DNA from: a cyanobacterium endosymbiont of Rhopalodia gibba
Lineage (GTDB): Bacteria; Cyanobacteriota; Cyanobacteriia; Cyanobacteriales; Microcystaceae
DNA length: 64,000 bases
Reading direction: 5' to 3'
NCBI GenBank assembly: GCA_045159875.1
Contig: CP067995.1
Span: 1,344,001-1,408,000, forward strand
Part shown: positions 22,702 through 34,575 of the stretch, piece after piece
How the letters are laid out: every line of letters begins with the position of its first letter
How positions within the stretch are numbered: the stretch's first letter is position 1
The notes under the pieces: model-generated
The model's input: the letters and a program-made list of their open reading frames with translations, nothing else
Database searches by the model: none
Told to the model about the DNA's origin: nothing
Program-made: the position numbers and the translations under genes

Positions 22702-23072
22702 AAATGTCCGTTAATTAATGTCTGTTAATTTTGATGGCTTTATTTTCTAGTCTAGAGTAGTCGATAGCCAATAGGCAAGATAAAACGAGGTTAAAGTCGA
22801 AAAATAGAAGTTAATACATAACAAACATACAGACAATAAGGAATCTATATTCCTTATTTTTTTAAAAAATATTCATTTTTTTTAAAAAAAATATTCCTAA
22901 GTTAAGAATAAAAAATATATAAGTAATTCAAAGTACTGTTTATAATAAACTATCATATTTTTTAAAGAATTAGTAGTGTTTGATAACGTTAAAATATGAG
23001 GATATCAACTGAAATCTAACTTAGCTTAAGGGCGAAAAGATCCAAATTTATTCCTCGTTTAATTTCATAGAA

Positions 23073-25007
23073 ATGGTCAATACTTCAGATTCACCTACCA
23101 GGAAAATATCCAAGCTAGAAGCAATTAAGGAGAAGAGTAACTTTCTAAGAGAACCTCTAGCTACAGAACTTTTAGAAGAGACAACTCATTTTACAGAAAA
23201 TGCTGTTCAAATTCTTAAGTTTCATGGATCTTATCAACAGGATAACCGAGATAATCGAGTTAAAGGACAAGAAAAAGATTATCAAATGATGTTGCGGACT
23301 CGCAATCCTGGAGGGTTTATCCCCCCTGAACTTTATCTAACTCTTGATCGCCTTAGTGATGAATATGGAAACCATACCTTACGGGTGACAACACGCCAGG
23401 GATTTCAAGTTCATGGTATTTTGAAGAAGAATCTCAAAGCAGCAGTGTCAGCAATTGTAAAAAACATGGGATCAACCCTTGGAGCTTGTGGAGACCTAAG
23501 CCGCAACGTTATGGCTCCTCCTGCCCCATTCAAAAATAGCCCTGAGTACCAATACACCTGGGAATATGCGGATAAAATCGCTGATTTACTCAGACCTCAA
23601 ACTGAAGCCTATTATGAAATTTGGCTTGATGGAGAAAAATTCCTCAGTGCGGAAGAGTCCCCTGAAGTAGTGGCTGCTCGTCAATGCAATAGCAATAAAG
23701 CCATTTTTGCTGGCAAAGAAGAACCTATTTATGGGAAACATTATATGCCCCGTAAATTTAAATGTAGCGTAACTGTTCCAGGGGATAATTCCATTGATGT
23801 CTACACCCATGATGTCAGTTTAGTGGTAATGACGGACAGTAAGGGAATCCTGCAAGGATTTAACATTCTGGTAGGAGGTGGAATGGGACGCACCCATAAT
23901 AAAGAAGAAACCTTTGCAAGGATAGCTGACCCCATCGGTTATGTAGCTAAAGAAGATGTTTATGATGCATTAAAAGCTATTGTTGCAACTCAACGGGATT
24001 ACGGTGATCGAGTTCAACGTCGTCACGCTCGCATGAAATATCTAATTAATGACTGGGGAGTAGACAAATTCCGCGCTAAAGTTGAAGAATACTTTGGTAA
24101 GTCTCTATATCCTTTTAAAACACTTCCTAAATGGAAATATCAAGACTTTCTAGGCTGGAATGAACAGGGAGATGGTCAGTTATTTCTGGGAATTTCAATT
24201 GAAAATGGTCGAGTAAAAGACGAAGGAAACTTACGACTAAAAACCGCCCTACGCCGCATCACCAAACAATTCAGGTTACCTATGCGGTTAACAGCTAACC
24301 ATAACGTTATTCTTTATGAGATTGACCCTAATCATCAAGAGGCGATTGAAAAGATTCTGCAAGATTGTAGCGTAATTACTAATCCTCAAGAAATTGATGC
24401 TTTAACCCGTTATTCGATAGCCTGTCCAGCTTTACCAACTTGCGGGTTAGCCATTACCGAATCAGAACGCGTCCTACCTGAGATTATTCGGCGGATTAAA
24501 ACAGTTTTATCTAAATTAAACATGGCATCAGAGGAAATTGTCATTCGGATGACTGGATGTCCCAACGGTTGCGCCCGTCCCTACATGGCTGAGTTAGGAT
24601 TTGTAGGAACTGCGCCAAACACTTACCAAATTTGGTTAGGAGGAAGTCCTGATCAAACTAACTTAGCTGAACCTTACCTCCAGAAACTACTTGACAAAGA
24701 TATAGAGAAATTTTTAGAGCCTCTATTTGTCTATTTTAAGCAAGAAAAGACAGAACAAGAAAGTTTTGGTCAATTTTGTTTTCGAGTCGGCTTTGAGTCT
24801 CTAAGAGCGTTTAGTGAAACTTATAAGCCTATAAAACCGCGTCGTATTCGCAAAAATCAACATCGGGTAAGTGTTTCTGATGAGATGTTTGTTAAACTCA
24901 AAGATGTATCGGAGACAGACAAACGACCGATGAATCAGATTGTTCATGAAGCGTTAGGGGTGTATTTTAGTCAAGAAAAATTGGAGTCAATAGAAACAGA
25001 AGATTAA
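23073..25007 (+). CDS. sir: Ferredoxin-dependent sulfite reductase
   Basis: [27 protein letters not shown] and MPRKFK motifs, with siroheme/Fe-S ligands CPALPTC and RMTGCPNGC. Confidence 0.96.
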   Translation: MVNTSDSPTRKISKLEAIKEKSNFLREPLATELLEETTHFTENAVQILKFHGSYQQDNRDNRVKGQEKDYQMMLRTRNPGGFIPPELYLTLDRLSDEYGNHTLRVTTRQGFQVHGILKKNLKAAVSAIVKNMGSTLGACGDLSRNVMAPPAPFKNSPEYQYTWEYADKIADLLRPQTEAYYEIWLDGEKFLSAEESPEVVAARQCNSNKAIFAGKEEPIYGKHYMPRKFKCSVTVPGDNSIDVYTHDVSLVVMTDSKGILQGFNILVGGGMGRTHNKEETFARIADPIGYVAKEDVYDALKAIVATQRDYGDRVQRRHARMKYLINDWGVDKFRAKVEEYFGKSLYPFKTLPKWKYQDFLGWNEQGDGQLFLGISIENGRVKDEGNLRLKTALRRITKQFRLPMRLTANHNVILYEIDPNHQEAIEKILQDCSVITNPQEIDALTRYSIACPALPTCGLAITESERVLPEIIRRIKTVLSKLNMASEEIVIRMTGCPNGCARPYMAELGFVGTAPNTYQIWLGGSPDQTNLAEPYLQKLLDKDIEKFLEPLFVYFKQEKTEQESFGQFCFRVGFESLRAFSETYKPIKPRRIRKNQHRVSVSDEMFVKLKDVSETDKRPMNQIVHEALGVYFSQEKLESIETED

Positions 25008-25572
25008 ATAACAAAACTTACGCTACATTTGTACTAGTGGGATCAATTTGTCAATCGATCCCGCCATACTTCATAACCACTCAAAAATGCTATAAATAGA
25101 CGATCTAGCTTACAACTTGACGAGGTTGGTTTTCGTCTAGGTTTAATAACTGTGAAATATACTCCTCAAGATAATGCTAACTAACAAGTTCTTTGTCAAA
25201 GATAAAAGAACAAGGTGAGGAGGATTTTGTCAAAAGTTAAAGGTAATTGATGGGAAAAGTTTTGACAAAATTTTGCTGCTAACCAAGATAAATTTATTTC
25301 ATTACTCAATTAGGGAAATACATTGTCGACTTCAGTTTTAATTGCATCACTCAAAAGGTGAATGGTATTTAAATGAAGCAGGTTGTCTACAGTCTTATTA
25401 AAGAGATGAAAATTAAGCTGATTAGATAATTAAATTACCTTACTAAATCCCTAATTTATAATGTTTTTAACATATTTTATATGATCAATTATTGATTATT
25501 CGCTAAATTAGCCATTATCGGTTGAGAATAGGTTTTAGTTGAGTAGTTTGATGTTCTCCTAGAATGGAAGAC

Positions 25573-26510
25573 ATATACATTAATACCTCTATTATTGAGC
25601 AACGGTTGGTATCAGTTGCAAATCTATTTAAGAACTAGGAATTCAAAATAACAGTCAGCTTAAATCTTATTTATCGGCTAAAATAATTTGAGATTTAGAA
25701 TAGAATAATAGTTTTGATTATCTAACAGAAGGAGTAGGAAATCTTTGTATCAATGCTGTCCATATTTCTTAGGAATCTAACGGAGAATTGACTATTAGTT
25801 TATCTCAAGGAGAGTATAAGAATAATTTAAAAAAGAAAAGTAGTTTGTCTAAAAATTAAACCATTGTCTTAACAAATATTATTAGTCAATTATTTATTCG
25901 CTCCGACTATACAATCAGAACATGTTAATCAATGTCTTCTTGCTCAGATAGAACAAGTTCATAGTCTAATTTTGGACGGATGTATTTGCCAATTATGGAC
26001 ACTAGCCTATATATAAAAATAGAAGAAAATAAAACTAGGTGTATGACAAAACGATAAAAACAGCTTAATTTGGTAATTAAGTTACCTGAAAAGAGGTAAA
26101 AAAATCTTGCAACTAAGTGGCAAAACAATTGTTGAAGATATGAATTTTAATTAGGCAGTGGTAGGATAAATTGCCGTTACCAAAATGGTGGATTTTTATT
26201 AGAACTTAATATCCGTAACTATTTGAAATCACAAGGCAACATTCTTAATTAAGCTCTTCGCGATACGTTAGTAAACGATGATAAACGTAATTTTTTTAAA
26301 AAATAACCTATGCAACAAATAATCAAATCCCTGTAGATCTTGTTAACTTACGTGCTCATGATGAACTTCAGCAAGGTTTAGAAAGGGATATTCAAGAATT
26401 AGGGTTTAGTTATTACCGTAAACGTTCCGTCATGTGTTGCTGCTAAAGCTATGTTAGTATTTTTTTTGTAACAAAAACTCTATCAGGCTAGGCTGTTCAC
26501 TCGCAAAACA
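25573..26510 (+). pseudogene. AIPR (abortive infection phage resistance) family pseudogene
   Basis: Remnants INTSIIEQRL, FDYLTEG.GN..INAVHIS, LQLSGKTIVEDMNFN, LLELNIRNYL..QGN..N*ALRDTL and YATNNQIPVDL..LRAHDELQ..LGFSYYRKR. These correspond to the AIPR motifs NIRxYL and ATNSQNPV. Confidence 0.75.
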
Positions 26511-27175
26511 AAAATTTATTAGTCTCCCTGTCATGTGATCTTAAGCCACAATAAGAATAAACGTTATTCTCTGGTTGGGTAATATCAAATACTTTTTTAG
26601 TTAAAATTCCAATTTACTAAGATATTAAAATAATCACTAAAAATGTTATTATTAAAACTATCTTTGATAAACTTACTCGATTAGATGGTATCAAGCAGAC
26701 TATTTTTATCTCTAAAAATAGAAAAATACAAGACAAAAAAAAACTAGTAAGTCTAAGTTAGCTTAACATTAAATATTGTAGATTATCTCTTAATAAAAAA
26801 AATAAAGAAACTAGAATCAAGAAGATTATGAGTTAGACAACTCAAGATTATTTAACACCAATGCAAAACAGAATGTCAAGATAAATTAGACTAATAAATA
26901 AGAGTAAGATTCCTAGTCAATAAATCTAAGAATAGACATTGATCTAAATTGCACTTTAAATTTAGTAAGTCAAAACATAGTTCTATTGTCTGAAGTAAAA
27001 ATACTTAGACGGTAATAACCGTATTTATCTCCATTAAGACGGAGCAATTCAAAATAAAAAAATAGCTAAAAATAAATATTTATGTTATAAATCAATCATA
27101 AATATTTTTTAATTATTAAAATAGTTAATATTTATGAAATATTTACCGTAAGTTATCACTTAAATAATCAGAATT

Positions 27176-27955
27176 CTATTCTATAAAATTGTCCTTCATA
27201 GCTCGGATTTTGCCAAAAACTTGCTCCGGTTCTTTCACACCTACTATTGATTGTAAACTAACACTATCCCATCGCAAAAAGGGATTGATTTTTTTTTCTT
27301 CTCCTAATAAAAAAGGAACGGTTGCTTTTCCTTGTTGACGATTTTTTTTAACTTGATTCAATTTCTTTTTTAAGACTGCATTATCAGGATCAACTGTTAC
27401 TGCAAATTGAAGATTTTTTAAGGTATATTCGTGGGCACACCACACACGAGTTTTATCGGGTAAATTCCGTAACTTATCTAATGAATTAACCATTTGTGCT
27501 GGATTCCCTTCAAACAACCGTCCGCATCCCCCCGAGAATAAAGTATCGCCACAGAACAATTCTCCGGTATCTTGAGCTGATTCTGGGAAAAAATAGTAAG
27601 CAATATGAGCGCGAGTATGTCCAGGGACAAAGAAAACTTCTCCCACCCGTTTAGCGAATTTAACGCGATCACCTTCTTTCAAGAAAACCTGTTGGTGAGG
27701 AATTCTACCCCTATCTTCTACCCCTCCATAGACACAAAGGTGAGGAAACTTTTTGATTAAAATATTATTTGCCCCAATATGGTCGTAATGATGATGGGTA
27801 TTAAAAATAGCTACTAGTTGGGCTTCTAGCTCATCTAAACATCTTAAAACGGGAGTCGCCTCAGCTGGATCAACTACAGCTGTGGTATGATCAATAGAAT
27901 TATGAAGCACAAAAATATAGTTGTTAGATAGGGCAGAAAGTCGTTTAATATCCAT
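27176..27955 (-). CDS. gloB: Hydroxyacylglutathione hydrolase (glyoxalase II)
   Basis: THHHYDHIG, PGHT, FCGDTLFSGGCGRLFEG, CAHEYT and NPFLR motifs. Confidence 0.96.
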   Translation of the reverse strand: MDIKRLSALSNNYIFVLHNSIDHTTAVVDPAEATPVLRCLDELEAQLVAIFNTHHHYDHIGANNILIKKFPHLCVYGGVEDRGRIPHQQVFLKEGDRVKFAKRVGEVFFVPGHTRAHIAYYFFPESAQDTGELFCGDTLFSGGCGRLFEGNPAQMVNSLDKLRNLPDKTRVWCAHEYTLKNLQFAVTVDPDNAVLKKKLNQVKKNRQQGKATVPFLLGEEKKINPFLRWDSVSLQSIVGVKEPEQVFGKIRAMKDNFIE

Positions 27956-28526
27956 AAATGATGGGTGAATTCAGCTGACATGAGTCATATTTTTTAGTTT
28001 AAGACAGATTTGTCTAACATAATGAAAATTGTCAGAAATTTAGTTTCACAAACGTAGACAATAATTTATTTATAAATCCTTGCATTTGTATTTTTTTATA
28101 AAAGACTTATCCATATTGGTAATATTGTATTGCTCAGTATCTTAGGAGTTGATGCAATTCTTTAACGTAAAACTATTATTCACTGACAAATTGTGGGTGT
28201 TATATTACTTCTTTTTAAGAAAAACCGTACTCGTTAGATTATGGGTTAAATAAACCTAAGCTGTTATGTTTGTTTGTCAATACTTGTATATGACAAGCTG
28301 TTCTTTGTATTATTTTTGCCCAACAAGTAAATATTTAGAATATTTTAATTATGACTAGACTAATTTTAATAATTATTTTAGTCATTCTTATTGTTCTCAA
28401 CACATAGTATAAGTTTTGTAGGGTAAGCAAAGATATATTAATGTACTCTTATTCAAGACACCTATTGTAATTTCTACATCTTCTAGTCTTAAAGTTTTAT
28501 TTGTAAAAAGTCTCCGAGAAAAACTT

Positions 28527-31500
28527 ATGATAATTACTGAAATACTTGATAAACTTCGCCAATTGACGCAGATTGACATCCAATCTTCTTGGCTTAGTAT
28601 TTCTGACAAAATCTCTTTTGATTCTATCGATATAGATGCTGGGAAACCTGTTCATCTGAATGAGAAAGGTTACATTATTTGGCCTGCAGGAAGACAGGTT
28701 AAATGGTTAGCTAAAAAGCTTATAATTCCTAAAGAAATTAGGGGGTATCCTCTATCAGGATTAACAGTCAAATTAGCTTTAACTTGGTGGGCAGAAAAAG
28801 CAGAAATTTTTATTAACAAACAATTAGTACAAGAGGGAGATTTATTTGATTCTTCAGCTAGGATTTTAGTAAGTCCATGTGCTAAACCAAGAGAGGAATT
28901 TTTAATTTTATTACGTTTAGTTAGTCCCAGTCATGATATTGGTGGGCTAATGAATTCTAAACTAATTTATGAAACAGATATAGGTTTAATAGACCCTGGT
29001 TTTGTTGCCGATGAGCTAACTATATTATACAATTACCTGTCTGCTTTTGAACCTCAAAATATAGACTTATTTAAAAAAATAATTGATCGGATAAACTGGG
29101 ATATTGTCGATGACAAAGAAAGATTTAATTGCCATTTATTAGAATTACGTAAGACTCTTAAACCTTTGGCAAAAAAAATTAAAAAATACTCTTTAAATTT
29201 ATTAGGACATGCTCATTTAGATATGGCTTGGTTATGGCTAGTTGATGAAACTTGGGATGTAGGAGAGAGGACATTTTCCTCTGTTATCAACCTACAGAAA
29301 GAGTTCCCAGAACTTATTTTTGGTCATACAACCCCTGTTCTTTATGAATGGATAGAAAAACATCGTCCTCAGCTTTTTAAAAAAATCATAAAAGCATATA
29401 AACAAGGGAAATGGGAAATCTTAGGAGGAATGTGGGTTGAACCAGAAGTAAATTTAGTATCTGGAGAATCAATAGTTAGACAACTGTTGTATGGACAACG
29501 TTTTTTTAAAAAAAAATTTGGCAAAATAACCCAGGTTGCTTGGCTTCCTGATAGTTTTGGGTTTACTTGGCAATTGCCACAGATTTTCCACCAGAGTGGA
29601 ATTAAATATTTTGTAACTGGAAAACTTCATTGGAATACTAATGTAAAATTTCCTTATGGTTTTTTTTATTGGCAATCTCCCGATGGAACCCAATTATTAA
29701 CTCTGATTTCTCCTCCAAACGTCGCTGGAGTTATGAATACTAATCCTCTGAGAATGACTGATTATTTGATCTCATGGAAGCAACAAACAGACTTAAAAGA
29801 TGCTTTGTGGTTACCTGGAGTAGGAGATCATGGAGGAGGTCCAACTCGTGATATGTTAACTGTTCAAAATCGCTGGAGACAGTCTCCTTTTTCTCCTAAA
29901 ATTAGTTTTACTAAAGCTATTGATTATTTAGATAAATTAGGAAAAATTTCTGATTCTATTCCAGTTTGGGATGATGAACTTTATCTGGATTTACATCGGG
30001 GTTGCTATACAACTCATGCTGATCAAAAATTTTATAATCGTCGCTGCGAAAATTTACTATATCAAGCTGAATTGTGGTTTTCTATTGCAACAATTATTCA
30101 AAAAAAACATGTTAATGTTGACAATAAAATATCTTTAGAAAAAGCCTGGAAAAAAGTTTTATTCAATCAGTTTCATGATATTTTACCTGGAACTTCTATT
30201 GCTGAAGTTTTTACTCAAGCTAATAAAGATTGGCAGAAAACGTTGAAAATTAGTCAATCTTTATTAGACAATTCTTTTCAAGCTATTATTTCTAAAATTT
30301 CCTTGCCAAAATCACCTAAAACTAATGCTATTCCCTTGATAATTTTTAATTCTCTAAATTGGCAAAGATCAGAAGTGATTGAATGTTCTGTAACAGAAAA
30401 TAACTGTAAAATTTACGATTTAGAAGGAAATCAATTAACTTCTCAACTATCAAACGATAATAAACTTTTATTCTTTGCAGAAAATATTCCATCAATTGGA
30501 TATCGTATTTTCTGGTTATGTCCTACCGATCAAACTTCAGAAAACACTGATAAAATCAATGATAATGATCATACTCTTGAAAATCAATACTTAAAAGTTA
30601 CTATCAATTCTAGAACAGGAAATATAGATAGTATTTTTGACAAAGTTGTTCAGAAAGAAATTGTTAGGGGAGAATGTAATCAATTGCAAGGATTTCAAGA
30701 TCAAGGACAATATTGGGATGCTTGGAATATCGATCCCAATTATAATGATTATCCCTTGCCAGAAACTAAATTGAAGACCATTGAGTATTTAGAAATGGGT
30801 CCTATAGAATGGACAATAAGAGTGATTCGACAATTAGGAAACTCAGAATTTTGTCAAGATTATAGTTTACGAATTAACTCAAAAGTTATCATAATTAAAA
30901 CAAGAGTTGACTGGCAAGAAACCCATGTCTTGGTCAAAAGTTCTTTTTCCTTGAATTTAGATAGTAATTATACAACCTATGAAATTCCTTTTGCTGCTAT
31001 TGAACGAACAAACTATCCTAAAACCCCGGAAGAAAAAGCTAAATGGGAAGTCCCTGCATTAAGATGGGCAGATTTAACAGATAAGTCTCAAAACTATGGA
31101 GTAAGTATTTTAAATGACTGTAAATATGGCTATGATAGTCAAAGTGATCGCTTAAGACTTACTCTTTTAAAAAGTCCCCGTTGGCCAGATTCTAATTGTG
31201 ATCGCGGTTTGCACTATTTTACCTATGCCATATATCCCCATCAAGGAAGTTGGCAAGAAGCAAAAACTGTACAGCGAGGATATGAACTAAACGTTCCCCT
31301 AAATGTGGTTTTTTCTCCAAAAAATAAACCGAATCAACCCACGACATTACCACCAGTCAATCAATTCTTAAATTTGGGTTCAGATAACTTAATTCTGTCA
31401 GCTTTTAAACCAGCAGAAGATCACTCGAATGCTTGGGTTTTACGATGTTATGAATGTGAGGGAAAAAATACCTTAATTTTTGTAACTACTAATCTAAATT

Positions 31501-31604
31501 TAACATTTATTAATCAAGTAAATCTTTTAGAAGAACCTATTCCCAACTTTTTTGAAATTACTCCGTGGAAAATAGTTAGCCTTAAAGCAAAAGTAGAGCT
31601 TTAA
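28527..31604 (+). CDS. Alpha-mannosidase (GH38)
   Basis: GHAHLDMAWLW, GGMWVEP, WLPDSFG, GVGDHGGGP, HRGCYTT and NQFHDILPG motifs. Confidence 0.94.
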   Translation: MIITEILDKLRQLTQIDIQSSWLSISDKISFDSIDIDAGKPVHLNEKGYIIWPAGRQVKWLAKKLIIPKEIRGYPLSGLTVKLALTWWAEKAEIFINKQLVQEGDLFDSSARILVSPCAKPREEFLILLRLVSPSHDIGGLMNSKLIYETDIGLIDPGFVADELTILYNYLSAFEPQNIDLFKKIIDRINWDIVDDKERFNCHLLELRKTLKPLAKKIKKYSLNLLGHAHLDMAWLWLVDETWDVGERTFSSVINLQKEFPELIFGHTTPVLYEWIEKHRPQLFKKIIKAYKQGKWEILGGMWVEPEVNLVSGESIVRQLLYGQRFFKKKFGKITQVAWLPDSFGFTWQLPQIFHQSGIKYFVTGKLHWNTNVKFPYGFFYWQSPDGTQLLTLISPPNVAGVMNTNPLRMTDYLISWKQQTDLKDALWLPGVGDHGGGPTRDMLTVQNRWRQSPFSPKISFTKAIDYLDKLGKISDSIPVWDDELYLDLHRGCYTTHADQKFYNRRCENLLYQAELWFSIATIIQKKHVNVDNKISLEKAWKKVLFNQFHDILPGTSIAEVFTQANKDWQKTLKISQSLLDNSFQAIISKISLPKSPKTNAIPLIIFNSLNWQRSEVIECSVTENNCKIYDLEGNQLTSQLSNDNKLLFFAENIPSIGYRIFWLCPTDQTSENTDKINDNDHTLENQYLKVTINSRTGNIDSIFDKVVQKEIVRGECNQLQGFQDQGQYWDAWNIDPNYNDYPLPETKLKTIEYLEMGPIEWTIRVIRQLGNSEFCQDYSLRINSKVIIIKTRVDWQETHVLVKSSFSLNLDSNYTTYEIPFAAIERTNYPKTPEEKAKWEVPALRWADLTDKSQNYGVSILNDCKYGYDSQSDRLRLTLLKSPRWPDSNCDRGLHYFTYAIYPHQGSWQEAKTVQRGYELNVPLNVVFSPKNKPNQPTTLPPVNQFLNLGSDNLILSAFKPAEDHSNAWVLRCYECEGKNTLIFVTTNLNLTFINQVNLLEEPIPNFFEITPWKIVSLKAKVEL

Positions 31605-31749
31605 GGAATCTAGGAGTTAAACGATGGGGAGCTTTCACACGATACCGAACTTGGTTCTCATACCCTCATTCTCTTCTCGAGTTTTTCAAGCTTTCCGCCT
31701 CCTGTCTCACTTCAATTTTGATTGATACTATTTTCGTCAACTCTAACCA

Positions 31750-32100
31750 CAGATGTTGGTATTGTATATCTTCATCAGTTACTAAATCAATTGCTTCATT
31801 GACAGCTAGACTGAGACCTTAAGAATTTGGAAAATCTTAAGTTCACAAATATTTTTTAATTTTCAACTTAGAGTTTTCAATTCCATCAGTTTTCTAACTT
31901 TGGTTGCTTTATAAGCCGATAAATTATTCATCACCATAGTAAGCCTCTAGCTACAATAATATCAGTCCTTCTGTTTTATCAGTAAGAGACGTTTCTTTAA
32001 CTTATCCATCGCTGGCTTACATATCGTCCTCATCCGAAATTAGGCTCAATTGAGCCTAAACCTTCAGCATTTTTAGCACAAAGCAGCCAAAATACCACAA
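31750..32100 (-). mobile_element. IS630-family transposase fossil (C-terminal DDE part)
   Basis: Minus strand VMNNLSAYKATKVRKLME (compare VMDNLxAHK) and EAIDLVTDEDI (IS630 C-terminus). Confidence 0.6.
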
Positions 32101-32225
32101 TTCAGAATAATTATTTTGACTTTTTTTAGTAATTGAGCGGCGAAAAGACAGGAAGAACAGAGTCTAATTCTCCCTGTGATATTAGCTTGAGTGAAATTAG
32201 TTGGCTAACTATAAATTTTATAAAT

Positions 32226-32825
32226 TTAATGAGAAGTGTTGCCATTTTCATTGGTTCCACGGGGTTGAATTACACCATATCCACCATGATTGCGAATATA
32301 AACAACATTGATTTTATTAGTTTCTTTATTGCGGAACATATAGAAATCATGGTCTACCAATTCCAATTGATGTAAGGCTTCATCAATAGTCATCAGTGGC
32401 ATGGCAAAATATTTCATGCGGATGACTTCAGATGGTAATTCTGGGGTGCGATCACCAATTAAGTTTCCTTCTACCGGACGTTGCTCAACAATTTCTGCAG
32501 CTTTAACCAGATTGTGAGGTTTCTTGTTATTAAGTCTTTCTTTATATTTGCGAAGTTGACGAGCAATTTTATCAGAAACTAAGTCAACACTAGCGTAGAG
32601 ACTTGTGCTGTCTTCTTGGGCCCTGATAACAGTACCATTGGCATAAACCGTTACTTCTGCTTTATATTTATCAATGATCCGAGCATTGCGAGCTACTGAT
32701 AAATGTACATCAACTTTCGTTGTGATTGTTTGAAAATGTTTTACTGCTTTTTGGAGCTTTTCTTGTACGTAGTCATTAATAGAATTGGTAATGTCGATAT
32801 TATTCCCCTGGATCAAAAGCTTCAT
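32226..32825 (-). CDS. hpf: Ribosome hibernation promoting factor (long HPF, LrtA)
   Basis: [29 protein letters not shown] and [21 protein letters not shown], with C-terminal [20 protein letters not shown]. Confidence 0.95.
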   Translation of the reverse strand: MKLLIQGNNIDITNSINDYVQEKLQKAVKHFQTITTKVDVHLSVARNARIIDKYKAEVTVYANGTVIRAQEDSTSLYASVDLVSDKIARQLRKYKERLNNKKPHNLVKAAEIVEQRPVEGNLIGDRTPELPSEVIRMKYFAMPLMTIDEALHQLELVDHDFYMFRNKETNKINVVYIRNHGGYGVIQPRGTNENGNTSH

Positions 32826-33370
32826 ATTTAATACTCCATTGTTTATTAAACTTTATTCACATCAAACAGCAATAAAGAAATTAGCTGCTTGTTTTTCAAC
32901 AAAGATGAATTAGCATCTTAAATGCTATTAGTTTGAACTGAAGTCTCAGATATTTTGCATTCTTTCATTAGCTTTCTAACCTTTTCCTAGATATTTTAAT
33001 TGTAGTTTATCTCTTCTTTATTGAAGCTTTATCTAAGATTGATTAATGATAGAATATAGGGGGAAAACAACTTCCGTAGATTTGTCAATTTGTATTTTGT
33101 CTTTCGTTTCACTTTAGTAGTTTATTAAGGCTCAATGTCAAAAAATGTTAGGATACTCCCGGACCTTTTGACTATATCTAGCAATCAAGGAAAAAAGTTG
33201 AACAGAAAAAAACAATAGACCTAAGTTTTCTCCCCCCCCCATTTCCCACTTAAAGGGAACTATTCCGACATACTCAGACTAACATGTTTGTATTGTCTTT
33301 AGCATCGCTTTTTATCTTCTTGTCATTTTCCTTCACAAATCTTGATGGTTTTTAAAATTATCTTCATGAG

Positions 33371-34066
33371 ATGAGACAAACTTCTCGATTGACTTTCAAC
33401 CATAAGGGACAACAACGACGATGTATTGTCTACCAGGGAGGAATTATCCCCTATGAGTTAGCCTGGAAGACTCAGCGCTTACTAGTTAAAGAACGCTTAG
33501 AAGACCAGACTTTAGAGGATATCCTTTTACTACTTGAACATCCTCCTGTTTATACTTTGGGAACCGGATCTAGTCTAGAATTCCTAAAATTTGACCTTGC
33601 TATGACCTCTTATGAAGTCCATCGTATTGAAAGGGGAGGGGAAGTTACCTATCATTGTCCAGGTCAACTAGTAGGATATCCCATTCTCAATTTACGCCAT
33701 TACCAACAAGATTTACATTGGTATTTGCGACAACTCGAAGAAGTAATTATTAAAGTACTTCAAGAATATGGACTTAAAGGAGAAAGAATATCTGGTTTAA
33801 CGGGAGTTTGGGTAGAAGGATATAAAGTTGCAGCTATCGGAATTAAGGTTAGTCGTTGGATTACAATGCACGGGTTTTCCTTGAATGTTTACCCTGACCT
33901 AAAAGGATTTAAACAGATTATTCCTTGTGGAATTGAAGATAAACCTTTAGGAAGCTTGGAGCAACTTATTCCTAACATTAAATTATCCAAAATACGTCAA
34001 GAAGTTGCTTTAGCTTTTGCTGACGTTTTTCAGGTTGATATAGTAAGTAAACATAGTCTTTTTTGA
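33371..34066 (+). CDS. lipB: Lipoyl(octanoyl) transferase
   Basis: [42 protein letters not shown] and IIPCG motifs. Confidence 0.97.
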   Translation: MRQTSRLTFNHKGQQRRCIVYQGGIIPYELAWKTQRLLVKERLEDQTLEDILLLLEHPPVYTLGTGSSLEFLKFDLAMTSYEVHRIERGGEVTYHCPGQLVGYPILNLRHYQQDLHWYLRQLEEVIIKVLQEYGLKGERISGLTGVWVEGYKVAAIGIKVSRWITMHGFSLNVYPDLKGFKQIIPCGIEDKPLGSLEQLIPNIKLSKIRQEVALAFADVFQVDIVSKHSLF

Positions 34067-34542
34067 AAAAAACTATCCAATTAAATTTTTCAGTTGTTTA
34101 ATTAAGTTTAGTTTAAATGACTTTGCTACCATTTCTATTTATAACTAAAAAATATAATTTATTGCCCAATCAGATAACCTTTGCCTCAACTATAGAACTA
34201 GTAAATATGCTAATTCTTAGTCCTCTATTTTAATTTTTTTATAAAAGTATTCTAAACATTGATAAATGGAGAAATTTTTTTAAGTTTCTACATGTCATCT
34301 ATCGGCTTTACTTCTCTGATCGATTATTTTTTTAAAATAATTTGGAGAAACTAAGCCATCTCTATTTTATAAAACACGTCAAAGACAATCGTAGTCAATT
34401 CTATCGAAACAAAACCGTTGATATTCTAAATCATCAGGACATAAATTTTCTGTCAATAAAATCTCATTAATTAACCATTGATAAATTCATTAAAATCAAA
34501 GAGAATTACCTTTAAGATCTGAACCCTTCATGAACCCGCAAA

Positions 34543-34575
34543 AAGTATTGAGCATCGGATCGATGCTCAATACTT
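34543..34575. repeat. Perfect 15-bp inverted repeat (orphan hairpin)
   Basis: AAGTATTGAGCATCG-GAT-CGATGCTCAATACTT, about 480 nt past the lipB stop in non-coding DNA. Confidence 0.8.

Noticed and set aside
25925..26128. 67-aa minus-strand ORF
   Set aside because: It is antisense to the AIPR remnant.
33111..33141. TTGACA upstream of hpf on the minus strand
   Set aside because: There is no good -10 hexamer at canonical spacing, so I did not call a promoter.
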